64,000 nucleotides of DNA. Origin: an uncultured Lachnospiraceae bacterium. Its GTDB lineage: Bacteria; Bacillota; Clostridia; Lachnospirales; Lachnospiraceae. Below the pieces are notes generated by a model. The model searched no databases and was not told where the DNA came from. It worked only from the letters and a program-made list of their open reading frames with translations. Both the position numbers and the translations under genes were made by a program. The DNA is taken from positions 4,011-68,010 of the forward strand of contig CAJKQE010000005.1 in assembly GCA_905201915.1 (NCBI GenBank), in the 5' to 3' direction. Shown here in pieces: positions 1 to 9,362 of the stretch (position 1 is its first letter; every line of letters starts with the position of its first letter).

Positions 1-2
1 TT

Positions 3-260
3 TCCATCTATATATCCGATCCTTTAGTAGTGCTTGTATCACCATATTTTGTCAGCTTTCTTGCGGTTCAGGCATATCGTATTTTTCATGTCCCAGACCA
101 GTATCGTTTAGATAAATTATTGACCGGCAACATGATTATTCGCTCCAGTGTATTTACTGTTTGGATTTGTATAGTTGTTGTATCGGTAATTGTAATTTTT
201 CTTGGGATTTTCTTTCAAAAAACAGTATTAAGGAGGCTGGAAGATGGCAGACTTTATTAG
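3..260 (+). CDS. Membrane protein / ABC permease, C-terminal part (5' end outside window)
   Basis: Frame open from window start; hydrophobic C-terminal helix; overlaps the next permease gene. Confidence 0.6.
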   Translation, partial: SIYISDPLVVLVSPYFVSFLAVQAYRIFHVPDQYRLDKLLTGNMIIRSSVFTVWICIVVVSVIVIFLGIFFQKTVLRRLEDGRLY

Positions 261-1128
261 AGCACTCCGCATTTCTGTCTATAATTTAAGGAGGACAATT
301 TCATCAATACGGATTTTAACAGTTTTGCTTATTATTGCTTGTTTTATTACGCAAAACTTACAGGCGGTATTAGAATTTAGTGATTTTGTTAAAATAGGAA
401 TAACGCCGTATTCATTTCCGCATTTGGTTAACGATTATGTTTGTCAGCTTGTCATGATGGCAGGAGCAGTCATTCTTTTTTGCAATGCTCCTTTTGAAGA
501 TGAGGGGTATTTTTATATGCTGCCACGTGCAGGTAAACAGTCATGGGCATTGGGGCAGGTGATTTACATTGTCAGCGCTTCGTTTCTTTATGTTATGTTT
601 TTGCTTTTGATGTCTATATTGCCGTTAATCGGTCATGGGGAAATTGGAAGTGAATGGGGAAAAATTTGGGGAACATTGGCGAAAACAGATGCAGGAGTAC
701 AGTTCGGACTTTTGTTTTCTGTAACAGAATATATGATTAGTAATTATAGTCCTATATTTGCTTTGGCTGTAAGTGCATTGCTGGAATGGTGCTGTGTAAG
801 CTGGTTAGGATTAATGATATATTTCTTGAATAAACTGACAGGGAAAGCAGTGGGAACTTGTGTCGGAGCTTTTTTTGTATTGCTTGATATTTGTATTTCA
901 AATGACTGGATGCCTTGGGCAAATCGCTTTTCTCCGATTACGTTGGCGCAAATAAATGCTTATGCAGGATATAATCTAAAGTATCATATTACATTTCAGT
1001 ATGGAATTGCATTTTTTACAATAGGCATTCTTGTTTTTAGCGTTTTAAGTATTTTAGTAAATTATAGAGAAAAGGCAGAAAACCGGTTACAGAAGTTGGA
1101 GGTAAAATGGATACAGAAGCAACGATAG
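244..1128 (+). CDS. Polytopic membrane protein, probable ABC transporter permease
   Basis: 294 aa, ~6 hydrophobic segments, AGGAGG RBS, directly upstream of an ABC ATPase. Confidence 0.7.
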   Translation: MADFIRALRISVYNLRRTISSIRILTVLLIIACFITQNLQAVLEFSDFVKIGITPYSFPHLVNDYVCQLVMMAGAVILFCNAPFEDEGYFYMLPRAGKQSWALGQVIYIVSASFLYVMFLLLMSILPLIGHGEIGSEWGKIWGTLAKTDAGVQFGLLFSVTEYMISNYSPIFALAVSALLEWCCVSWLGLMIYFLNKLTGKAVGTCVGAFFVLLDICISNDWMPWANRFSPITLAQINAYAGYNLKYHITFQYGIAFFTIGILVFSVLSILVNYREKAENRLQKLEVKWIQKQR

Positions 1129-1766
1129 TAGTAGAAAATCTTGATAAGCGATTTAAAAATCAGTCGGTATTAAAGAATGTAAATGTAAAATTTTCTAAAG
1201 GAAATATTTATGGAATTATTGGAAGAAATGGTTCGGGAAAAACGATTTTATTGAAATGTATTTGTGGTTTTTTGAGACCGACAGCAGGTACTATTTCTGT
1301 GAATAATAAAATTGTCGGACAAGATATTGATTTTCCTCAGAAACTTGGGTTTATTATTGAAACACCGGGATTTTTGATGAATTATTCAGGATATAAAAAT
1401 TTGAAATATTTGGCTTCTATACAGAAAAATATAGATGATGAAGGAATTAAAGAGTCTATGTCATTGGTTGGTTTAGATTCAGCGGATAAAAAACATGTAG
1501 GTAAATATTCTCTCGGAATGCGCCAACGTTTAGGGATAGCACAGGCGATTATGGAAAAACCGGATATTCTGATTTTAGACGAGCCAATGAACGGCTTAGA
1601 TAAGAACGGAGTGCAGGAAATGAGGGAACTGTTTTTACAGATGAAATCGGAGGGGAAATTAATTCTTTTGACAAGTCATAATCATGAAGATATAGAAGTA
1701 TTGTGTGATGAAGTTTACGAAATGGAAGATGGTATACTTACAAAAAAACAAGGGGCAGTCGGCTAA
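1107..1766 (+). CDS. ABC transporter ATP-binding protein
   Basis: Walker A GRNGSGKT, signature YSLGMRQ, Walker B LILDEP. Confidence 0.93.
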   Translation: MDTEATIVVENLDKRFKNQSVLKNVNVKFSKGNIYGIIGRNGSGKTILLKCICGFLRPTAGTISVNNKIVGQDIDFPQKLGFIIETPGFLMNYSGYKNLKYLASIQKNIDDEGIKESMSLVGLDSADKKHVGKYSLGMRQRLGIAQAIMEKPDILILDEPMNGLDKNGVQEMRELFLQMKSEGKLILLTSHNHEDIEVLCDEVYEMEDGILTKKQGAVG

Positions 1767-1792
1767 TATCGGTTTTTAGACTCTAAATCTTG

Positions 1793-1860
1793 AAAGTAAG
1801 AACCTCTCATAGAAATCCGCATTTTTCATGCCTGATGTTCTGTGAGAGGTTCTTACTTTT
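1793..1860. terminator. Bidirectional terminator-like long hairpin
   Basis: AAAGTAAGAACCTCTCATAGAA ... TTCTGTGAGAGGTTCTTACTTT between convergent genes. Confidence 0.75.
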
Positions 1861-2637
1861 TTAGTTTACATAATCTTTCCAGATATATCCTTTCTGTCCT
1901 TCGAAATCGACTTCATACCAGCCGCTTCCGTCTATGTTAGTAATCGTTACGGCAGCATCCGTATGTAAAGTTCCAAGGACTTCAGAACCGCTTTTCGGTT
2001 CGGAGCGAACATATACACTGCTTGCGATGGTAGTTTCTCTGGAGCCACCAACAGGAAATTCGCTGTCATCTGTATCGTCTTTCTTGTCATCTTCCTTGTC
2101 GTCTTTTTTATCATTTTCTTTTGGAGGGACTTTTTCATCAGGCTTTTCTTGTTTATCTTCCTGTTTCTCATCTTCTTGCTTTTTATCTTCCGGTTTTTCA
2201 TCGACATCGTCCTCTTTGTCGTCTTCTTCTAAGAGGACAGGAGAGCCGGTACTGTTAGGAATACTTTCTTCTGCTTTTTTTGCCAGAGCCAGAACACTGG
2301 AATTGTCGTCGGTGGTAGTGATTTTTCTTATTTTTACCTTACTGGTATCGGTATCTTCAATGGCACCTACATACATAAGTGTTACTTCATTTCCGGGAAT
2401 AATTCCGTTTTCTAAATCAAGCTGTGCTTTTTCGCAGTTATCAAAGGATAATTTTTTACCTTCAGAAGTCTCAATAGATATTTCTGTGCCGGTATAGGTG
2501 ATTAAAGTTCCGCTCAAAGAAGAAGATACTGCGTCAAGTTCGGCTTCTTCAGCTTCTTGAGAGTTCTCCTCTTTTGTACATCCTGCGAAAGACAGGGCAG
2601 TTACTGATGCAAGTAATACAAGCAAAAATTTTTTCAT
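1861..2637 (-). CDS. Lipoprotein with acidic/lysine-rich linker and C-terminal SH3b domain
   Basis: Signal peptide with lipobox FAGC; C-terminal VYVRSEP..SEVLGTL...GWYEVDFEGQKGYI is SH3b-like; ATG at 2637 is best spaced from the AGGAGGT RBS. Confidence 0.8.
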   Translation of the reverse strand: MKKFLLVLLASVTALSFAGCTKEENSQEAEEAELDAVSSSLSGTLITYTGTEISIETSEGKKLSFDNCEKAQLDLENGIIPGNEVTLMYVGAIEDTDTSKVKIRKITTTDDNSSVLALAKKAEESIPNSTGSPVLLEEDDKEDDVDEKPEDKKQEDEKQEDKQEKPDEKVPPKENDKKDDKEDDKKDDTDDSEFPVGGSRETTIASSVYVRSEPKSGSEVLGTLHTDAAVTITNIDGSGWYEVDFEGQKGYIWKDYVN

Positions 2638-2654
2638 AAACAATACCTCCTGTG

Positions 2655-4022
2655 TTATGAATTTGCGCGTTTTTCTAAGTGTTTGTTAAATACCAGAAGA
2701 AAGCCTGCTGTTGCCATAACAGCGGCAATTCCATCTGCAATAGGCTGTGCATAGAAAGCACTTCGTGCGCCGAAGAAAATAGGAAGAAGGATGGTGAAAA
2801 GCATATAATCTCCCTTTCTGGCAAGAGAAAGGAATAAAGCTGTCTTGCTTCTTCCAAGAGCTGTTAAACCATCCACAAATACATACTGAAAACTAAGTGG
2901 AATAATCATTAAAGTGAATACTCCAATTCCCCATGTACAGAGTTCAAGCTGTAGAGGGTCTTTTGTGAAAATGTGGATGAAATACTGAGGTACAATACGG
3001 GAAAGTATAAACATTAAGGTGGTAAAGCAAAGGCAGAGAATTAAAATATATTTTTCTGCTTTTTTTACTCGTTTAATTTCTTTTGCTCCGTAATTATAAC
3101 TCAGGATTGCCTGTGTACCACTGGAAATTCCCAGCATAGGGCCGGTAATCAGCATCATAAAGCTTTGAACAATGGTTGCACAGGTGATTAAAATATCTCC
3201 TTCTGAAGGGCCTCCGAATTTTTGCAGAACAGAGTTCATGACAATGATAATGACACTATCGGTGGCAAGTATCAGAAAAGGAGAAATTCCCAGTATTAAA
3301 ATTTTTTGCACAATCACAGGTGAAAACGATTGCTTTTTCAGCAATGTAATTTTAATGGGTACTTTTTTGCCAATTAAAAACAAAAAGGCAAAAGTGCAAG
3401 ATGCAAATTGTGCGATAACAGTGGCAATAGCAGCTCCGGCAACCTTCATATCCAGTAAGAAAATGAAGATAGGATCCAGTACAATATTGGTAACAGCACC
3501 GATTAAAACGGTAAGCATTCCTATAGCAGGAAATCCCTGACAGGTAATAAAATAATTTAGCCCGATAGCCATAAGGGCAAAAAACGTTCCGGCAGTATAA
3601 ATGGTAAGATAAGTATTTGCATAGGGGAAGGTTACAGAGCTTGCGCCAAACCAGTTCAGCAGATATTTTTTACTTACTAGAAATAATATAGTCAGTACGG
3701 CAGAAAAAAGAACCAGCATAGCAAAGCTGTGGGCTAGAATAGATTCTGCCTGCTTTTTCCTTCCGGCGCCCATACGCATGGACATTAAAATGGAACCACC
3801 TAAACCAATAAGTGTACCAAAAGAGGTCAAAAGTGTAACAATAGGACCGCACACACCTACGCCGGCAAGGGCTGCATCTCCGATTTCTTTGATGTTTCCG
3901 ATAAACATTCGGTCAATGATACTGTATAGAACAGTAACAAATTGTGCAATCATAGATGGAATTGCCAGTTTTAGAACCAGAATGGGAATTCGGTCTTTTC
4001 CTAAGTCTGTTTGATGTTTCAT
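2655..4022 (-). CDS. MATE family efflux transporter
   Basis: 455 aa, ~12 TM, LAIPSMIAQ..LYSIIDRMFIG, NIVLDPIFIF, SYNYGA motifs. Confidence 0.92.
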   Translation of the reverse strand: MKHQTDLGKDRIPILVLKLAIPSMIAQFVTVLYSIIDRMFIGNIKEIGDAALAGVGVCGPIVTLLTSFGTLIGLGGSILMSMRMGAGRKKQAESILAHSFAMLVLFSAVLTILFLVSKKYLLNWFGASSVTFPYANTYLTIYTAGTFFALMAIGLNYFITCQGFPAIGMLTVLIGAVTNIVLDPIFIFLLDMKVAGAAIATVIAQFASCTFAFLFLIGKKVPIKITLLKKQSFSPVIVQKILILGISPFLILATDSVIIIVMNSVLQKFGGPSEGDILITCATIVQSFMMLITGPMLGISSGTQAILSYNYGAKEIKRVKKAEKYILILCLCFTTLMFILSRIVPQYFIHIFTKDPLQLELCTWGIGVFTLMIIPLSFQYVFVDGLTALGRSKTALFLSLARKGDYMLFTILLPIFFGARSAFYAQPIADGIAAVMATAGFLLVFNKHLEKRANS

Positions 4023-4093
4023 TTCTCTTCTCCTTCATGGTTATCTGTACCTTGATTTTAATACGAATTAGAGAAAAAGAAAAGAGAAAAAGC

Positions 4094-4123
4094 TTGCTTC
4101 TCATAAAAAGCCTGTGTTATACT
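4094..4123 (+). promoter_or_regulatory. Sigma-A-type promoter of molybdoenzyme operon
   Basis: TTGCTT-N18-TATACT with TG extension. Confidence 0.55.
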
Positions 4124-4147
4124 AAATTCATGGGAACACAACAAGGG

Positions 4148-4176
4148 GAGCACTGCGCAGGCAGTGCTTTTTATTT
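4148..4176 (+). terminator. Intrinsic terminator in 5' leader of molybdoenzyme operon (possible attenuator)
   Basis: GAGCACTGC-gcag-GCAGTGCTT followed by TTTATTT. Confidence 0.6.
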
Positions 4177-4249
4177 CGTAGGAAATTGTGCAACAGCGCA
4201 ATCTTTTTTAATGTGTAATAGGACGTTCTATGGTAATGAAGGAGTAGAT

Positions 4250-5068
4250 ATGTTAAAAATTAAAAATTATGTAAGACCGGAGAGTTTGGAAGAAGCATAT
4301 AAGTTGAACCAGAAGAAATCCTCATGTATATTAGGAGGAATGCTCTGGCTGAAAATGGGAAACAGAAATGTGGGTACAGCCATTGACTTATCAGGGCTGG
4401 GACTTAATGAAATCACAGAGACAGAAGAGGAATTTCAAATCGGCGCCATGACACCACTAAGAGATTTGGAAATACATAAAGGTCTGGCAAAGTATACAAA
4501 TGGCGCTATGAAAGAAAGTCTTCGCCATATTGTAGGAGTACAGTTTCGAAATCGCGCTACAGTAGGCGGAAGTATTTTTGGCAGATATGGCTTTTCTGAT
4601 GTGCTCACAATGTTTTTAGCAATGGACACAGAAGTGGAGCTTTATAAAAGAGGTCGAGTTTCTTTAAAAGAATTTGCAGCAGAGAAACCGGACAGAGACA
4701 TTTTAGTACGTTTGATTGTAAAGAAAAATCCAGCACGCATGGCATATATCAGCCAGAGAAACAGTAGTACAGATTTTCCGGTGCTGACTTGTGCAGTTTC
4801 CATAAAGGAAGATGGAGATGTAAAAGTTGTAGTGGGTGCTTGTCCTTTCAGAGCCAAACTGGTAGAGGATAAGGAGAAGATTTTAAAGGGATTTTTGAAT
4901 ATGCAGGCTTTGGAAAAAGAAAAGGCAGCCTGTGACTTTGCACTTTATGCAAAAGAACAGGTGAGGACAGCTGGAAATATGAGAGCTTCCAAAGAATACA
5001 GAAGTCTCCTTGTTCAGGTTTTAGTAAAAAGAACACTGTTAAAAGCAGGAGGGGAAAATGGAAATTAA
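4250..5068 (+). CDS. Xanthine dehydrogenase family FAD-binding subunit
   Basis: RPESLEEA, IGAMT, VGVQFRNRATVGGS motifs; start reassigned to ATG 4250 after GAAGGAG RBS. Confidence 0.88.
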   Translation: MLKIKNYVRPESLEEAYKLNQKKSSCILGGMLWLKMGNRNVGTAIDLSGLGLNEITETEEEFQIGAMTPLRDLEIHKGLAKYTNGAMKESLRHIVGVQFRNRATVGGSIFGRYGFSDVLTMFLAMDTEVELYKRGRVSLKEFAAEKPDRDILVRLIVKKNPARMAYISQRNSSTDFPVLTCAVSIKEDGDVKVVVGACPFRAKLVEDKEKILKGFLNMQALEKEKAACDFALYAKEQVRTAGNMRASKEYRSLLVQVLVKRTLLKAGGENGN

Positions 5069-5528
5069 ATTTAAGCTAAATGGAAAAGAAATAAATGCAG
5101 AGGTAGAAGCAGATACCATACTTTTAGATTTGTTGAGAGAAAAAGGATGTTACAGTGTAAAAAGAGGCTGTGAGACAGCAAACTGTGGATTGTGTACGGT
5201 TCTTATGAATAAAAAATCAGTGCTTTCCTGCTCCATATTAGCAGTACAGGCAGACGGACAGGAAATTGTTACTTTAGAAGGAATGCAGAAGGAAGCAGAA
5301 GAATTTGGGGATTTCCTTGCAAATGAAGGAGCAGAACAGTGTGGATTTTGTAACCCTGGTTTTATTATGAATGTATTTGCAATGTTGGAAGAGATAGAAG
5401 AGCCTACAGAAGAAGAAGTTCTGGAATATCTGGCGGGAAATCTTTGTCGTTGTTCCGGTTTTGTGGGACAGACCAGAAGTATTCTGAAATTTTTGGAATA
5501 TAAGAAAGGAGGCAAAAAGAAAGCATGA
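5058..5528 (+). CDS. Xanthine dehydrogenase family [2Fe-2S] subunit
   Basis: GCETANCGLCTV and QCGFCNPG...GNLCRCSG cysteine motifs. Confidence 0.92.
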   Translation: MEIKFKLNGKEINAEVEADTILLDLLREKGCYSVKRGCETANCGLCTVLMNKKSVLSCSILAVQADGQEIVTLEGMQKEAEEFGDFLANEGAEQCGFCNPGFIMNVFAMLEEIEEPTEEEVLEYLAGNLCRCSGFVGQTRSILKFLEYKKGGKKKA

Positions 5529-7804
5529 GTTATGTAAATAAATCTGTGCAAAAAAAAGATGCAAAAGCGCTGGTTACAGGACAGCCTGTTTACACAGATG
5601 ATTTGGCTTCAGAAGATTGTTTGATTGTTAAGGTGCTGCGAAGCCCCCATCCACATGCCATAATAGAAGAAATTAAAACAGAGGCAGCAAAAAAGGTTCC
5701 GGGAATTGCATGTATTCTGACTTATGAGGATGTACCTCAAAATCGTTTTACCATGGCAGGACAGACATATCCTGAGTTAAGCCCTTATGACAGACTGATT
5801 TTAGATAAACATTTAAGATTTGTGGGAGATGCCGTAGCTATTGTGGCAGGAGAAAATGAGAAAGCGGTAGATAAGGCTTTAAAAATCATTAAAGTGAAAT
5901 ACCGGATTTTAGAGTCTGTATTAGATTTCCATAAAGCAAAGGATAGTGAAATTATTATACATCCAGAAGAAAATTGGGAGTCAAAAGTACCTGTCGGTGC
6001 AGATAACCATCGCAATCTTTGTGCATCCGGTGTAGAAAGCAAAGGGGATGTGGATGAGCTCTTAAAAGAATGTAAATATGTAGTAGAAGGAACCTATCAC
6101 ACAAAAGCGAACCAGCAGGCTATGATGGAAACTTTCCGTGCATATACTTATTTAGACCATTTTGGAAGATTAAATGTAGTTGCGTCCACACAGGTTCCTT
6201 TCCATATAAGAAGAATTTTAGGAAGAGCGCTGGGTATTGGTGCATCAAAGGTGAGGGTAATAAAACCTCGTATTGGTGGCGGATTTGGAGCAAAACAGAC
6301 TTCTGTGGCAGAGGTATACCCTGCTATTGTAACTTTAAAGACAGGAAAGCCGGCTAAGATGATTTATTCTCGTTATGAATCACAGATTTGTTCATCTCCT
6401 CGTCATGAGATGGAAGTCAAGGTTCGTTTAGGAGCAGACGAGAATGGATTGTTAAGAGCAATTGATATATATACGCTTTCTAATACGGGAGCCTATGGAG
6501 AACACGGGCCTACAACCGTAGGATTATCTGCGCATAAGCCATTGGGACTATATAGAAATACACAGGCATACCGATTTTCTTATGATGTGGTATATACAAA
6601 CCGTATGTCAGCAGGAGCTTATCGTGGATATGGGGCAACTCAGGGGATTTTTGCAGTAGAGTCAGCCATTGATGAGCTTGCAGAAAAAATCGGTATGAAT
6701 CCGGTAGCTTTTCGAGAATTAAATGTATCCAGAGAAGGGGATGCTTTTGTAGGATACGATGGAAGCCCTGTAGTTACAAGCTGTACTTTGGATAAATGTA
6801 TAGAAAAAGCAAAAGAAATGATAGGCTGGGATAAGAAATATCCTTGTTATGAAACAGAAGATGGAAAAATCCGCGGGGTAGGAGCAGCTCTTGCTATGCA
6901 GGGTTCTTCTATTGCAGGTGTTGATGTAGGTGGTGCAACCATTAAAATGGGAGAAGATGCTTCCTATACTTTAAGCCTTGGAGCTACGGATATGGGAACG
7001 GGTTGTGACACGATTTTGGCACAGATGGCAGCAGATATTTTGGAGACAAAGCTGGAAAATATAGTAGTATTCGGTGTAGACACAGATATTTCTCCTTATG
7101 ATTCCGGTTCTTATGCCTCAGCAACTACTTATGTTACAGGAATGGCAGTGGCAGATGCCTGTAAGGAGCTTCGTGAAAAAATTAAAGAAATCGGAGCACA
7201 GATTTTAGATGTTCCGGTACAGGAAACGGAATTTGATGGACAGAGGGTATATACACTGGATGGTGAGAAAGAAGTTTCCGCAGAGGAAATTGCAGTAAAG
7301 GGAACTTGCGGAAATAACCAGTCTCTCCATGTAACAGTGAACCGATCTTCACAAATTTCACCGCCGCCGTTTATGGCAGGTATGGCAGAGGTAGAAATCG
7401 ACAGAGAAACAGGAAGTATTGAAGTCGTTGATTATGTAGCTGTGGTAGACTGCGGAACACCGGTAAATCCAAACCTTGCCAGAGTACAGACAGAGGGTGG
7501 TCTTGCACAGGGAATTGGAATGGCTTTATATGAAGATATCCAATATAATGAAAAAGGACAGATGCGAAACAATTCCTTTATGCAGTATAAAATTCCATGT
7601 CGGCAGGATGTAAAGAAAATTCGAGTGGAATTTGCTCCAAGTTACGAGAAATCCCATCCTTTTGGAGCAAAATCTATTGGTGAAATCGTAATTAACACAC
7701 CATGTCCAGCTATTGCAAATGCGGTTTATAACGCAGTGGGACTTCGTATTAAAGAAATGCCGATTACACCGGAGAAAATTGCTATGGGATTATTAGAAAA
7801 ATAA
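5525..7804 (+). CDS. Xanthine dehydrogenase family molybdopterin-binding subunit
   Basis: LRSPHPHA, IGGGFGAK, AYRGYG, DMGTG, GAKSIGE motifs; 759 aa. Confidence 0.92.
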   Translation: MSYVNKSVQKKDAKALVTGQPVYTDDLASEDCLIVKVLRSPHPHAIIEEIKTEAAKKVPGIACILTYEDVPQNRFTMAGQTYPELSPYDRLILDKHLRFVGDAVAIVAGENEKAVDKALKIIKVKYRILESVLDFHKAKDSEIIIHPEENWESKVPVGADNHRNLCASGVESKGDVDELLKECKYVVEGTYHTKANQQAMMETFRAYTYLDHFGRLNVVASTQVPFHIRRILGRALGIGASKVRVIKPRIGGGFGAKQTSVAEVYPAIVTLKTGKPAKMIYSRYESQICSSPRHEMEVKVRLGADENGLLRAIDIYTLSNTGAYGEHGPTTVGLSAHKPLGLYRNTQAYRFSYDVVYTNRMSAGAYRGYGATQGIFAVESAIDELAEKIGMNPVAFRELNVSREGDAFVGYDGSPVVTSCTLDKCIEKAKEMIGWDKKYPCYETEDGKIRGVGAALAMQGSSIAGVDVGGATIKMGEDASYTLSLGATDMGTGCDTILAQMAADILETKLENIVVFGVDTDISPYDSGSYASATTYVTGMAVADACKELREKIKEIGAQILDVPVQETEFDGQRVYTLDGEKEVSAEEIAVKGTCGNNQSLHVTVNRSSQISPPPFMAGMAEVEIDRETGSIEVVDYVAVVDCGTPVNPNLARVQTEGGLAQGIGMALYEDIQYNEKGQMRNNSFMQYKIPCRQDVKKIRVEFAPSYEKSHPFGAKSIGEIVINTPCPAIANAVYNAVGLRIKEMPITPEKIAMGLLEK

Positions 7805-7878
7805 AATTTGTCAAAAATTTGACGCTGTTAAGGGTATAATAAGCAGTCGCTAAAATTTATTAAAAACAAGGAGAAGAA

Positions 7879-9291
7879 GTGATGAATAACCACAAAAGCG
7901 AAAAGAAAATCATGTGGTACAGCCTTGCTTTTATGGCCTTTTCAACAGTATGGGGATTTGGAAATGTTATTAACGGCTTTTCTGAATACGGCGGATTAAA
8001 AGCAATTGTTTCATGGGCATTAATTTTTGCCATTTATTTTGTACCATATGCGTTAATGGTTGGTGAAATGGGGAGTGCTTTCAAAGAAGCAGGCGGCGGT
8101 GTAAGCTCCTGGATCTTAGAAACAATCGGGCCTAGAATGGCTTATCTGGCAGGATGGACATACTGGATTGTGCATATGCCATATATTTCACAGAAGCCAA
8201 ACGGCGCAGTTATTGCAACAAGCTGGGCAATCTTCAGAGATGCACGTATCAGTCAGATGGATGTAAAGTTAATGGCAGTTATCTGTCTTGTATTATTCCT
8301 GTTTGCTGTGTGGGTTGCATCTAAGGGAATTGGCGTTTTAAACAAACTGACATCTCTTGCAGGCTCTACAATGTTTATCATGTCTATTCTTTTCATCATT
8401 ATGATGATTGCTGCACCTGCAATTACAGGAGCAGACGTAATGGACATCGAATGGTCACTGGACACCTTTATGCCTACTTTTGACAGTAAGTTCTTCCTGA
8501 GCTTGTCTATTCTGGTATTTGCTGTAGGCGGATGTGAAAAGATTTCACCTTATGTAAATAAGATGAAAAATCCTGCAAAGGACTTCTCAAGAGGTATGAT
8601 TACACTTGCCATCATGGTTACTGTATGTGCGGTATTGGGAACAATCTCATTAGGTATGATGTTTGATTCCAATAATATTCCACCAGACCTTATGACAAAC
8701 GGTGCTTACTATGCATTCCAGAAATTAGGTGAATATTACCATGTGGGTGATTTCTTCGTAGTAGTTTATGCTCTGACAAATTTAATCGGACAGTTTGCAG
8801 TTTTAATTCTGTCTATTGATGCGCCTCTGCGTATGCTCTTAGACAGTGCAGATGATAACTATATTCCAAAGGCTATGTTTAAACAGAATAAACACGGCAC
8901 TTATACAAATGGACATAAATTAGTTATGGTTATCGTATCTTTACTGATTATCGTTCCTGCATTTGGTATTGAAAGTGTAGACGTATTAGTAAAATGGCTT
9001 GTAAAAGTAAACTCTGTATGTATGCCTCTGCGTTACCTTTGGGTATTCGTTGCATATATTGCATTGAAGAAAGCAGGAGACAAATTCCATGCAGAATATC
9101 GTTTTGTTAAAAATAAAACTGTTGGTATTATCTTTGGTGTATGGTGCTTTGCATTCACAGCATTTGCCTGCATCGGTGGTATTTACTCAGAAGATCCATT
9201 CCAGTTAGTAATGAATATTGTAACTCCATTCGTATTAATCGGACTTGGATTTATTATGCCAATTATTGCAAAACGTTCTAAAAACAAATAA
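7879..9291 (+). CDS. APC family amino acid permease (YcaM/YjeM-like)
   Basis: 470 aa, ~12 TM, VWGFGN and FAVGGCE motifs. Confidence 0.85.
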   Translation: MMNNHKSEKKIMWYSLAFMAFSTVWGFGNVINGFSEYGGLKAIVSWALIFAIYFVPYALMVGEMGSAFKEAGGGVSSWILETIGPRMAYLAGWTYWIVHMPYISQKPNGAVIATSWAIFRDARISQMDVKLMAVICLVLFLFAVWVASKGIGVLNKLTSLAGSTMFIMSILFIIMMIAAPAITGADVMDIEWSLDTFMPTFDSKFFLSLSILVFAVGGCEKISPYVNKMKNPAKDFSRGMITLAIMVTVCAVLGTISLGMMFDSNNIPPDLMTNGAYYAFQKLGEYYHVGDFFVVVYALTNLIGQFAVLILSIDAPLRMLLDSADDNYIPKAMFKQNKHGTYTNGHKLVMVIVSLLIIVPAFGIESVDVLVKWLVKVNSVCMPLRYLWVFVAYIALKKAGDKFHAEYRFVKNKTVGIIFGVWCFAFTAFACIGGIYSEDPFQLVMNIVTPFVLIGLGFIMPIIAKRSKNK

Positions 9292-9362
9292 GAAGAATAG
9301 TGCCCGGCTCCAAGGAGTACGGGCACTATGTATATAAGGTATATAAGATAAGGAGGAAAAAT

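Noticed and set aside
1934..2497. 187-aa Ser-rich + strand ORF
   Set aside because: Antisense shadow of the Asp/Glu/Lys-rich linker of the SH3 lipoprotein; no RBS
3956..4249. 98-aa N-terminal extension of the FAD subunit in the ORF track
   Set aside because: Overlaps the divergent MATE gene and the promoter/leader; the RBS supports ATG 4250
7805..7826. GTCAAA-aa-TTTGAC palindrome before the APC permease as a CodY or Rex site
   Set aside because: About four mismatches to either consensus; cannot be assigned
9298..9330. Hairpin ATAGTGCCCG...CGGGCACTAT between permease and aminopeptidase as a terminator
   Set aside because: No T tract; more likely an intra-operon stability stem, so not called
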